From positions 1 through 64,000 of IMG/VR virus record IMGVR_UViG_3300032248_000171: a DNA stretch of 64,000 nucleotides. One strand, given 5' to 3'. The translations under genes and the position numbers were made by a program. The stretch is from a virus (taxonomy: Duplodnaviria > Caudoviricetes). Shown one piece after another: positions 37,766-47,154 of this stretch (the first letter of the stretch is position 1; every line of letters begins with the position of its first letter). The notes beneath the pieces were generated by a model. The model was not told the origin of the DNA and did not search any database. It saw only the letters and a program-made list of their open reading frames with translations.

Positions 37766-40258
37766 ATGAGGTTTTATACGAACATTGAACAGGCGGGGAA
37801 TCGCATCCTCGTTCGTGGTTACGAAAATGGTGATAGAGTTCAGTATCGTGTAAACTATAATCCTAGTTTGTATGTGGTTGCTAACAAGCAGACCGATCAT
37901 AAGAGCCTAGATGGGCGTTACCTCAAAGAGGTGCGCCCTGGTTCTATTAATGATTGTCGCCAGTTTATCAATCAGTATGAGGGTGTGGAAGGGTTTGAAA
38001 TTCATGGAAATACTAGATACTTGTATCAGTATATCAACGAGGCATATCCCGAAGATGAGATTCGTTTCGATTCGTCACTCGTTCGCACCTTTACTATGGA
38101 TATTGAGACAGGTGCTGAAAATGGATTCCCTGACATTGAAACAGCAGATCAAGAGATTCTGCTTATTTCTCTCCGTGATTCTTTTACAAACAGGATCACT
38201 GTCTGGGGATCAAAGAGTTTCAAGAATGAAGACAGACAAGTTGATTACATCCATTGCGACAATGAGACGAAACTCCTTTCGTGCTTCCTCAAATGGTGGC
38301 AGGAGAATACTCCAGACGTAGTAACTGGTTGGAATGTTCAGCTCTTCGATATTCCATACATCTGTAATCGAATGAATCGTGTGCTTGGTGAAGAGCATAC
38401 TAAACTGCTCTCGCCTTGGAAACTTGTTTCTAGTCGTGAAATTTATATCAAGGGTCGCAAACAGATTGCGTATGACATCACTGGTGTTGCGTGTTTAGAT
38501 TACCTCGAACTTTATAAGAAGTTTACATACACAAACCAAGAATCATACCGTCTCGATCATATCGCGTCGGTAGAACTTGATGCCAAGAAACTTGACCACT
38601 CTGAGTTTGATACCTTCAAAGAATTCTACACTAAGGATTGGGATAAGTTTGTCAAGTATAACATCATTGACGTTCGCCTTGTTGACCAATTGGAAGACAA
38701 GATGAAGTTGATTGAACTTGCTTTGACAATGGCATATGACGCTAAGGTAAACTATGAGGATGTTTATTCTCAGGTTCGTATGTGGGATAACATCATCTAC
38801 ATCTATCTGGATAAGATGAATGTGGTGATTCCTCCTAAGAAAGATAGCGTCAAGAATGACAAGTATGCTGGTGCGTATGTGAAAGAACCTGTGCCTGGTA
38901 TGTATGACTGGGTGGTGAGCTTTGACTTGAACTCACTGTATCCTCACTTGATCATGCAATACAACCTGTCGCCAGAGACCCTCCTAGACCGCCGTAGCAG
39001 CGTCAACGTTGACATGCTGCTGGATAAGGCATTCGACACTAGCGACCTTGTGGGGGAGACCCTGTGCGCCAATGGGACGCACTACACCACCAAGCAGCAG
39101 GGGTTCCTGCCCAAACTGATGGAGAAGATTTACCAAGACCGAACCATCTACAAAAAGAAGATGCTTGCTGCCAAACAGCAGTATGAGAAAACTCCAACAA
39201 TTGAGTTGAAGAAAGAGATTTCTCGTTGCAATAACATTCAGATGGCACGTAAGATTCAACTCAACTCTGCTTATGGTGCTATTGGTAACGAGCACTTTCG
39301 TTATTACAAACTTGAAATCGCTGAGGCAATCACTCTTTCTGGTCAGCTTTCTATTCGTTGGATTCAGAATAAGATGAATGCTTATCTCAATAAGATTCTA
39401 AAAACAAAAGGTGCTGATTATGTTATTGCTTGTGATACCGATTCCATGTATCTTAATCTGGGCCCTCTGGTTGAGACTGTATACAAGGGAAGAGAGAAAA
39501 CTGCTGAGAGCATTGTCACGTTCCTTGATAAGGTCTGTGCAATGGAACTTGAAAAGTTTATTGAAAGTTCTTACCAAGAACTGGCGGACTACCTCAACGC
39601 CTACGCGCAGATGATGAAGATGAAGCGGGAGAATATTGCTGAGCGTGGTTTTTGGACCGCCAAGAAACGCTATGTTCTCAACGTGTGGGATAGTGAAGGT
39701 GTGCGTTATGCTAAACCAAAGATGAAAATCTGTGGTATGGAGACGGCACGTTCTTCCACGCCAGCTTACTACCGTGATAAACTGGAGCAAGCATATCGTA
39801 TCATCGTTACTAAAACTAATGAGGATGTGCTTGAGTTTATCAATGAAATCAAGGAAGATACTAAGAAACAGAACTACCTTGATATTGCATTCCCTCGTGG
39901 TTGCAATGGTCTGAAGAAGTATCGAAGCAGTGCTGACATCTATGCTAAGGGTTGTCCCATTCAAGTACGTGGTGCGTTGCTGTATAATTACTATGTAAAA
40001 AAGAATAACTTAGAACACAAATATCCTTTGATACAGGAGGGGGAGAAGATTAAGTTTATGTATCTTAAGACTCCCAACACTATTGGCGAAAATGTAATCG
40101 CTTTCTTTCAACAACTTCCTAAGGAACTTAACCTTGAGAAGTATGTTGACTACACCACTCAGTTTGAAAAGTCATTCTTCGAACCATTGAAAAATGTGCT
40201 AGAATGTATTGACTGGCAATACGAACGTCGTGGTTCACTTACAAGTTTTTTTAGTTGA
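37766..40258 (+). CDS. g43: Family B DNA polymerase gp43
   Basis: Exonuclease DIET and GWNVQLFDIPY; polymerase SFDLNSLYP, KIQLNSAYG and CDTDS. Promoter-like TTGCGG-N18-TAGAAT at 37710-37739. Confidence 0.99.
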   Translation: MRFYTNIEQAGNRILVRGYENGDRVQYRVNYNPSLYVVANKQTDHKSLDGRYLKEVRPGSINDCRQFINQYEGVEGFEIHGNTRYLYQYINEAYPEDEIRFDSSLVRTFTMDIETGAENGFPDIETADQEILLISLRDSFTNRITVWGSKSFKNEDRQVDYIHCDNETKLLSCFLKWWQENTPDVVTGWNVQLFDIPYICNRMNRVLGEEHTKLLSPWKLVSSREIYIKGRKQIAYDITGVACLDYLELYKKFTYTNQESYRLDHIASVELDAKKLDHSEFDTFKEFYTKDWDKFVKYNIIDVRLVDQLEDKMKLIELALTMAYDAKVNYEDVYSQVRMWDNIIYIYLDKMNVVIPPKKDSVKNDKYAGAYVKEPVPGMYDWVVSFDLNSLYPHLIMQYNLSPETLLDRRSSVNVDMLLDKAFDTSDLVGETLCANGTHYTTKQQGFLPKLMEKIYQDRTIYKKKMLAAKQQYEKTPTIELKKEISRCNNIQMARKIQLNSAYGAIGNEHFRYYKLEIAEAITLSGQLSIRWIQNKMNAYLNKILKTKGADYVIACDTDSMYLNLGPLVETVYKGREKTAESIVTFLDKVCAMELEKFIESSYQELADYLNAYAQMMKMKRENIAERGFWTAKKRYVLNVWDSEGVRYAKPKMKICGMETARSSTPAYYRDKLEQAYRIIVTKTNEDVLEFINEIKEDTKKQNYLDIAFPRGCNGLKKYRSSADIYAKGCPIQVRGALLYNYYVKKNNLEHKYPLIQEGEKIKFMYLKTPNTIGENVIAFFQQLPKELNLEKYVDYTTQFEKSFFEPLKNVLECIDWQYERRGSLTSFFS

Positions 40259-40264
40259 GGTATT

Positions 40265-41272
40265 ATGAGTTTTTTACAATCTGTTATTAAGGAGTTAGAT
40301 AATGAATACGCAAATGTTGTGGATGATTCCATTGTATGTAAATCGTTTGTTGATACTGGGTCTTACATACTCAATGCCCTTATTTCTGGTAGCATCTTTG
40401 GTGGTCTCCCCTCCAACAAAATCACCGCGCTTGCTGGGGAAAGTAGCACTGGTAAAACATTTTTCGCTCTTTCAATAGTCAAGCACTTCCTTGACAACAA
40501 CCCAGAATCACAAGTAATCTATTTTGAATCTGAATCAGCTATCGAAAAGGATATGCTTGCTGAGCGTGGTATTGATATCAAGCGTGTGGGTCTGGTTCCT
40601 GTCACTACCGTTCAAGAGTTTCGCACTCAAAGTATCAAGGTAGTTGACGAGTATATGAAACTTAAGAAAGAGGCTAGACCACCGCTGCTTTTTGTGTTAG
40701 ACTCCTTAGGGATGCTCTCTACTACCAAAGAGGTTGAGGATGCTACTGCTGGAAAGGAAACCAGAGACATGACTCGTGCTCAGGTTATCAAATCTATCTT
40801 TAGGATTCTGTCACTGAAACTTGGTCAAGCAGAGATTCCTATGATTGTTACTAACCATACATACGATGTGGTTGGCGCTTATGTGCCTACCAAAGAAATG
40901 GGTGGTGGTAGTGGTTTGAAGTATTCTGCTTCCAGTATTCTTTTCCTTTCTAAAAAGAAAGAGAAAGATGGCACTGAGGTGGTTGGTAACATCATTAAAG
41001 TGAAGGCACAAAAGTCTCGCTTTACCAAAGAAAATTCTGACATTGAAACGAGGTTGTATTATGACGCCAGAGGTCTTGACAAGTATTACGGATTACTGGA
41101 GTTGGGTGAGAAATACGGAGTCTTCGAGCGTGTGGGTAACCGTATTAAACTTGATGGTGGTAGTGTTTATCCTTCGGTCATTTATAAGGATCCAGATAAA
41201 TACTTCACCCCAGAAATCCTCCAAGCCCTAGATGAATGTGCTAAGAAAGAATTTTTGTATGGCAGTGAGTAA
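40265..41272 (+). CDS. uvsX: RecA-like recombinase UvsX
   Basis: [25 protein letters not shown] and [12 protein letters not shown] motifs. Confidence 0.97.
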   Translation: MSFLQSVIKELDNEYANVVDDSIVCKSFVDTGSYILNALISGSIFGGLPSNKITALAGESSTGKTFFALSIVKHFLDNNPESQVIYFESESAIEKDMLAERGIDIKRVGLVPVTTVQEFRTQSIKVVDEYMKLKKEARPPLLFVLDSLGMLSTTKEVEDATAGKETRDMTRAQVIKSIFRILSLKLGQAEIPMIVTNHTYDVVGAYVPTKEMGGGSGLKYSASSILFLSKKKEKDGTEVVGNIIKVKAQKSRFTKENSDIETRLYYDARGLDKYYGLLELGEKYGVFERVGNRIKLDGGSVYPSVIYKDPDKYFTPEILQALDECAKKEFLYGSE

Positions 41273-42657
41273 TGAGTGAAAGAATCGAGACAACTATATT
41301 GCGTAACCTTCTCTGTAATGAACCCTATTACAGAAAGGTTGTGCCTTTTGTGAAACCAGATTACTTCAATGAAACCCATGAAAAGGTTATCTATGAAGAA
41401 GTGTGGAACTTTGCTAGCAACTATGAGATGTTGCCAACAGCAGAAGTATTGATTATCAATCTTGAAAGTAGGAAAGATTTAAATGAGGAAGTATATCAAA
41501 ACGCAGTTAAGACGATTCAAGGTCTTACTACTGCCCCAGTCGAACACAACTGGTTGCTCGACACCACAGAGAAGTGGTGTAAAGACAGAGCAATCTATCT
41601 CGCCCTCCTTGAGTCAATCAAGATTGCGGATGGAGGCAATCAAAAAGTATCACCAGATGCGATCCCCGCTATACTTCAAGAGGCCCTGGCAGTATCGTTC
41701 GACGAACATGTAGGTCACGATTACCTAGAGAATGGTGCTGAGCGTTATGCTTTCTACCATTTGACTGAGGAAAAAATCCCATTCCACCTAGAATACTTCA
41801 ATAAGATTACGAAGGGTGGTCTACCCAACAAGACATTGAATGTAGCACTTGCTGGCACAGGTGTTGGTAAGTCACTCTTCATGTGTGACTATGCTGCTAA
41901 CTGCCTATCACTTGGTCGTAATGTTCTCTACATTACTATGGAGATGGCAGAGGAAAAGATTGCTGAGCGTATTGATGCTAACTTGTTTAACGTCAATATC
42001 AAAGACCTTGTAGATTTACCAGAATCAATCTTTAATAATCGTATTAACGAACTGAAGAGAAAAACACAAGGTCGTCTTATCATCAAAGAATATCCAACAG
42101 CTGCTGCTCACGTTGGTCATTTCAAAGGTCTTCTCAATGAACTATCATTGAAGAAGGTATTTAAACCCGACATTATCTTTGTCGATTATCTAAACATCTG
42201 TGCTTCATCAAGATATAAAGGAGCAATTGTAAACTCTTATACCTATGTCAAGGCAATCGCAGAAGAACTTAGAGGATTGGCAGTCGAACACAACGTTCCA
42301 ATTGTCACTGCTACACAGACTACTAGGAGTGGTTATGGTAATAGTGATGTCGATCTCACTGATACCAGTGAGTCTTTTGGGTTGCCAGCTACTGCTGACT
42401 TTATGTTTGCTCTCATCGCTACAGAGGATCTGGAGAAAGATGGCAAGATAATGGTGAAGCAGTTGAAGAACAGATACAATGACCCCACCATGTATAAGAG
42501 ATTCTTAGTTGGGGTTGACAGAGCACGAATGAAGCTCTATAATGTTGATAATGCTGTTGACTTATCCTCTGATAAAGAAGAGGAATATGACTTCGAAGAG
42601 ATGGCAGCGAAACAAAGCAAAGATACTAAAAGCAAATTTACCAGTTTTATTTTATGA
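41272..42657 (+). CDS. g41: Replicative helicase gp41
   Basis: LAGTGVGKSLFMC, IFVDYLNIC, SESFGLPATAD and KQLKNRY motifs. Confidence 0.97.
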   Translation: MSERIETTILRNLLCNEPYYRKVVPFVKPDYFNETHEKVIYEEVWNFASNYEMLPTAEVLIINLESRKDLNEEVYQNAVKTIQGLTTAPVEHNWLLDTTEKWCKDRAIYLALLESIKIADGGNQKVSPDAIPAILQEALAVSFDEHVGHDYLENGAERYAFYHLTEEKIPFHLEYFNKITKGGLPNKTLNVALAGTGVGKSLFMCDYAANCLSLGRNVLYITMEMAEEKIAERIDANLFNVNIKDLVDLPESIFNNRINELKRKTQGRLIIKEYPTAAAHVGHFKGLLNELSLKKVFKPDIIFVDYLNICASSRYKGAIVNSYTYVKAIAEELRGLAVEHNVPIVTATQTTRSGYGNSDVDLTDTSESFGLPATADFMFALIATEDLEKDGKIMVKQLKNRYNDPTMYKRFLVGVDRARMKLYNVDNAVDLSSDKEEEYDFEEMAAKQSKDTKSKFTSFIL

Positions 42658-43064
42658 GTAAGCAAGTTGACCTAGTTAAGTATACTCAGTTTGTTGATGG
42701 CACTACGAGTTATCCTTCTAAATCTAATGAAGAATTCATTGCTCGTATCCGACAACTTGCTGAGGGTGATGTTCCCATCGCTCGTTTGATGACTGCTGCT
42801 GTAGGTCTCTCGGCTGAAGCAGGTGAGTTCACTGAGATTATTAAGAAGATTGCCTTTCAAGGTAAGGAACTGACTGAAGATAACCGTACCCATCTTATCA
42901 AAGAACTTGGTGATGTGTATTGGTATTTCACTCAAGCAATGCTTGGGTTGGATGTTGACCTGAATGAAGTAGTGCTGACCAATGTTATGAAACTCACTGC
43001 TCGATACCCAGAGGGTGCCTTCGATGTGTTCCGATCCGAGAACCGCGTAGAAGGCGACATCTGA
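42654..43064 (+). CDS. mazG: MazG-family nucleotide pyrophosphohydrolase
   Basis: GLSAEAGEFTEIIKK..FQGK...KELGDVYWY...N..KL..RYP. Confidence 0.93.
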   Translation: MSKQVDLVKYTQFVDGTTSYPSKSNEEFIARIRQLAEGDVPIARLMTAAVGLSAEAGEFTEIIKKIAFQGKELTEDNRTHLIKELGDVYWYFTQAMLGLDVDLNEVVLTNVMKLTARYPEGAFDVFRSENRVEGDI

Positions 43065-43121
43065 CCCGAACCTGTGCTATGATGGGGGTGACCTAAATAA
43101 AGGAGACCCCCTTCTGGCACA

Positions 43122-44330
43122 ATGAGTAAGAACACTCACCTAGAGCACCTAGAAGACAGCATCTTGTTCGACGGAGAACAAGGGGCCAAAGATGCGTTTG
43201 CCTTCCTAGACTCTCTCACTAAAACTTTTAGTGGCACTCAAAACAGTAATTTTAAAATTACCACCAAATGGGATGGAGCACCTGCTATCATTTGTGGTAT
43301 TGATCCAGAATTTAAAAAATTCTTTGTGGGCACAAAATCAGTGTTTAACAAAGATGGTAAAATAAACTATACCGAAGATGATATCCAAGCAAATCATGGT
43401 CATGCTCCTGGTCTAGTTGAAAAATTAAAAGTAGCATTAGAATACTTCCCACAATTAAACATCAAGGGCATCGTTCAAGGTGACTTATTATTTACTGATG
43501 AAGGTAAGGATGCTAAGATTGATGGGGAAGATTATTTTACTTTCACTCCTAACACCATTACCTACGCTATTCCAAAAGGCACTCCTGCCTACGAGAAAGC
43601 TAAGAAGGCAAAGATTGGTGTGGTATTTCACACTCGTTATGTGGGAACTAGCATTGCTTCTTCTCATGCTACCTTTGGTGTAGACATTTCTAAGTTCGTG
43701 GAAACTGATGACATCTTTGTTATCAGTGCTGAAGTAGATACTTTGGGTTCTAATTTTCTTTTAAATGCTAGAGAAAAAAGAACTTTGGATACTATGACTA
43801 GAGTTGGTCTAGCACAAGTGAAAGGGTGTAAAACTTTACTGAATGATATTTCTGTATTGATTGAAGCTAATGATTTGCTTACTGTTGGCCCTCGTCTCAA
43901 AACTTACTTCAACACCTATGTGCGGGAAGGTCGCAAAGTAAATAATGTTCCAGGATTCATCAACAACTTCAAAAAATATTTTGAGGGTGTTGTGATGAAG
44001 GAAGTTGACAAAGCAAAGATGGCAAAGACTAAAGCAGCAAAACTTAAAAAACTTTATGATGGTCTGGAGTTGATTGACAACAACCTGGAGGCATTTAAAA
44101 AACTGGTAGTGCTATATAACACTATAAACAATGCTAAACTTTTCTTTGTTAAGAAGTTGGAATCTGCTGATTCAACCCGCACCTTCCTTCGTACCGAGCA
44201 TGGATTTAAAGTCACTGCGCCTGAGGGATTTGTTGCTATCAAAGATGGCGCTGCCACTAAGCTAGTTGACCGTTTGGAGTTTAGTGTTGCTAACTTTACT
44301 ATAGATAAAAACTGGGTTAAAGGAGACTAA
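43122..44330 (+). CDS. Conserved T4-like protein with a putative covalent nucleotidyltransferase (RNA/DNA ligase-like) fold
   Basis: TTKWDG (motif I KxDG), IVQGDLLF (III), PEGFVA (IV), TKLVDR (V); N-terminus KNTHLEHLED. Confidence 0.65.
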   Translation: MSKNTHLEHLEDSILFDGEQGAKDAFAFLDSLTKTFSGTQNSNFKITTKWDGAPAIICGIDPEFKKFFVGTKSVFNKDGKINYTEDDIQANHGHAPGLVEKLKVALEYFPQLNIKGIVQGDLLFTDEGKDAKIDGEDYFTFTPNTITYAIPKGTPAYEKAKKAKIGVVFHTRYVGTSIASSHATFGVDISKFVETDDIFVISAEVDTLGSNFLLNAREKRTLDTMTRVGLAQVKGCKTLLNDISVLIEANDLLTVGPRLKTYFNTYVREGRKVNNVPGFINNFKKYFEGVVMKEVDKAKMAKTKAAKLKKLYDGLELIDNNLEAFKKLVVLYNTINNAKLFFVKKLESADSTRTFLRTEHGFKVTAPEGFVAIKDGAATKLVDRLEFSVANFTIDKNWVKGD

Positions 44331-44884
44331 TGAAACGAGTAGTCGTAACTTTTGGAAGATTTAATCCTCCAACCACAGGGCACGAAAAACTACTAGATGC
44401 TGTTAAGAAACAGGCAGGCACTGACGACTATAAAATCTATACAGGTCACACTCAAGATAAGAAAGGAAAAAATCCTCTACCTTCTGATGTGAAGGTAGAG
44501 TTTATGAAAGAGATGTTTCCCTCTCACAAAAATCATATTATGTATGACAACAAGTTAAAAACTATTATTCACGTTCTTCAAAGTTTACAGGGTGAGTATG
44601 CTGATTTAACTTTAGTGGTTGGAAGTGATAGAGTTAGCGAAATGGATTTACTTATTCAGAAGTATAATGGAAAAGATTATACTTTTAGAAAGTTAGAAAC
44701 AGTTTCTGCTGGTGAGCGTGACCCAGATGCTGATGATGTATCTGGAATGTCAGCAAGTAAAATGCGAAAAGCTATTGCTGAAGATGATATGATTACCTTT
44801 ATGTCTGGTCTTCCTGATGGATTCAAAAAAGATTCTAATAATGTAAAAAAATTGTATAAAATAGTTAAGGAGAATTTACCCTAA
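44330..44884 (+). CDS. HxGH-type nucleotidyltransferase (cytidyltransferase/NMNAT-like)
   Basis: TFGRFNPPTTGH, KNPL, VVGSDR and MSASKMR motifs. Confidence 0.88.
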   Translation: MKRVVVTFGRFNPPTTGHEKLLDAVKKQAGTDDYKIYTGHTQDKKGKNPLPSDVKVEFMKEMFPSHKNHIMYDNKLKTIIHVLQSLQGEYADLTLVVGSDRVSEMDLLIQKYNGKDYTFRKLETVSAGERDPDADDVSGMSASKMRKAIAEDDMITFMSGLPDGFKKDSNNVKKLYKIVKENLP

Positions 44885-46845
44885 TGGGATATAATTTTAG
44901 AGTAACTGACAAAGTAGAAGGTATTACTGCCTTACTTGAGTCTGATAAAACTGGCGGCGTTACGCCAACTATCTACGGAATGATATGGGATTATGCTATA
45001 GAAAAATTAAATATGGATGATATCGAGATAGGAAATTATCTCGCTATTGATAAAACCAAAAGTGTATTTAAAGTGCATCCACAGGTTGTTATAAAAGTAG
45101 ATCCTACTATTGAAGAAGGTAGTTCATCTGATAAAGCTAAAAGATTTATAGAAGCACTTAAAAATAAAATAGGTGTTGGAAATTATCCAGACGCACTTGA
45201 TCGTATTGGCAGAGGAAAAGGTAATGTTGCTCTTGGTAGCATTTTTGATGTGGGTGCTGGGTCTGGCGGATCTGCAATTTCAACAACTGACCAAGAAAAT
45301 TTACAAGTATTAGCTCTTGCGTGGTATCAAGCTTGTAATACTTTGGGAACTTCAACTAGTGCTGATGCTTTTAATGCTTTCGTACAGGTAGCAGCAGATT
45401 CTACGTGGAAAGATGCAAATGAATATAGAAGAGTTGGTAGTATGGTAGCTGGAAGTACTCGGTTTAAATTAAAATCTTCTACTGGATCATCTGGGTGGGT
45501 TACTCCTAAACTAGGAACTGCTAATCTTGTTGGCATTTCTAAAGTTTGTAAAATAGCACATAAAGATAAAGATTGGATAACCGCAGCGTGGAGAAATGCG
45601 GATAAATTACATAGCAGTCATTCACAAATCAATTACAAATCATCTGATCTTTATATATTTTCTCATGTAGAAGCGACTGGATATAAATGGTTTAAAGAAA
45701 AGTATAATGAACTTAGGAAAAAACTAGTGCCAAATCCACTGGGAATAAATGTGATGATGGAGGGAAATAAATGGAATCCAGCTGATGCTTTAGCTGTAAA
45801 CATTAATTCTTTTAGAAAAAAAGAAAATGTATCAAAAGCTACTACGATAATAAATGGAAACACAACAGATCATCTTGCGGCTCTTGCTGCCTACAATAAT
45901 TTAATTCTCCAATGGTTTGAAGAAGGGAATATTATTCCTATATCTTTAAAAAAATCAAGTAAATCTCCTAAGATTAAATTTATGAATTACAGTGGTGTGG
46001 GTGGAACAGACAAAATGCAAGATTCTGTCATGGAAACAATGAGTGATATTTCCAAAGCGAAGACAGAAAAACAAAAACTTGATATCATGAATAAACTTGT
46101 AATCATTGATAAGGTAGAATATAATGTAAACATTCTTAAAACTAAAGTATATTTTTCTTTAGATCTCAACAGGAATGGAACTCCAGATCCTTCAGAACAA
46201 TTTTATTTTGATGCTAGACCATTTGGTGGTGACAAAGTAGAAGATATTAAAGTTCAACTATTGCCAGCTAAGGGAGCATCTGCTGCCTTGGGTAGAGCAG
46301 AATTTTCTGTGATGGAAGAGTTGATAAAAAGTTACAATTCTACTCATTTTAATTTTTTGAAAAAGAAGAGACAAGATGCAGTTAATTATATTTTAAAGAA
46401 AAGGGGAATGAAAGAATCCGAAATAAGAGGACCATTTCGTGCAACCCTAGAACAATTTAAAAAAATAGATTTATTTACTAGATTTGGAAAGGGTAGTAGT
46501 AATTTTTCGGATACTCTTATTGGAAAATTATACAATAATCAGGTGGGGAAAGAGATACTGGCGGAATACATAGGGTCTATAAGTAATACTAAAGGATCGC
46601 ATATAGACTCTTTGAGTGGTAAATTAGATAATTCAAAACATTATAGAGTTAAGTTACAATCAAATGAATTTGCGAGTTTATTTGATATCTCGGATGTCTC
46701 TGAAATAATACGCAAAAAAATATTACTTACTATCTTCTTTTATATTTCGTCTAGAGGTATATACGCATTTTTGGATGATAGTGATGTTGAAAAAATAAAA
46801 AATAGCGCAATAAGATCTTCTCCCTTCATTATTCTAGGTGGATAA
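44884..46845 (+). CDS. Large hypothetical protein, putative PD-(D/E)xK nuclease
   Basis: 653 aa; NKWNPADALAV...IIPISLKK motif pair; visibly more AT-rich codon usage than its neighbours. Confidence 0.55.
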   Translation: MGYNFRVTDKVEGITALLESDKTGGVTPTIYGMIWDYAIEKLNMDDIEIGNYLAIDKTKSVFKVHPQVVIKVDPTIEEGSSSDKAKRFIEALKNKIGVGNYPDALDRIGRGKGNVALGSIFDVGAGSGGSAISTTDQENLQVLALAWYQACNTLGTSTSADAFNAFVQVAADSTWKDANEYRRVGSMVAGSTRFKLKSSTGSSGWVTPKLGTANLVGISKVCKIAHKDKDWITAAWRNADKLHSSHSQINYKSSDLYIFSHVEATGYKWFKEKYNELRKKLVPNPLGINVMMEGNKWNPADALAVNINSFRKKENVSKATTIINGNTTDHLAALAAYNNLILQWFEEGNIIPISLKKSSKSPKIKFMNYSGVGGTDKMQDSVMETMSDISKAKTEKQKLDIMNKLVIIDKVEYNVNILKTKVYFSLDLNRNGTPDPSEQFYFDARPFGGDKVEDIKVQLLPAKGASAALGRAEFSVMEELIKSYNSTHFNFLKKKRQDAVNYILKKRGMKESEIRGPFRATLEQFKKIDLFTRFGKGSSNFSDTLIGKLYNNQVGKEILAEYIGSISNTKGSHIDSLSGKLDNSKHYRVKLQSNEFASLFDISDVSEIIRKKILLTIFFYISSRGIYAFLDDSDVEKIKNSAIRSSPFIILGG

Positions 46846-46863
46846 ATATCAATAAAACAATAC

Positions 46864-47154
46864 ATGAAATCACTTAAAGATTTACTACAGCAATCGAAAC
46901 AGAAAACCTATATGCTGGGGCAAGCATTTGCTGAAGGCACATGGGTTGAGAATACGAATGGAGAGGTGGGAAAGATTCATCGTCGTGGAGTTAACTATAT
47001 TATTGCTGTAACTTCTGAGGGTAAGATGTTTCGTTCGTGGGTAAAGGATATCAAAGAACATTGTGGATGTGAAGCACCTAAGCAAACAACTGCTAAGGAT
47101 AGTATCAAGAGTTTTATAAATAAGAATAAAAGAAAAAAGACCAATGACGATTGA
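46864..47154 (+). CDS. Small SH3/KOW-like beta protein, late
   Basis: GTWVEN..GEVGKIHRRGVNYIIAV..GKMFRSWVKD; late promoter at 46842-46848. Confidence 0.75.
   Translation: MKSLKDLLQQSKQKTYMLGQAFAEGTWVENTNGEVGKIHRRGVNYIIAVTSEGKMFRSWVKDIKEHCGCEAPKQTTAKDSIKSFINKNKRKKTNDD

Noticed and set aside
44855-44863. Late promoter before the 653-aa gene
   Set aside because: The sequence is TATAAAATA, not TATAAATA, and the gene is translationally coupled to the upstream ORF.
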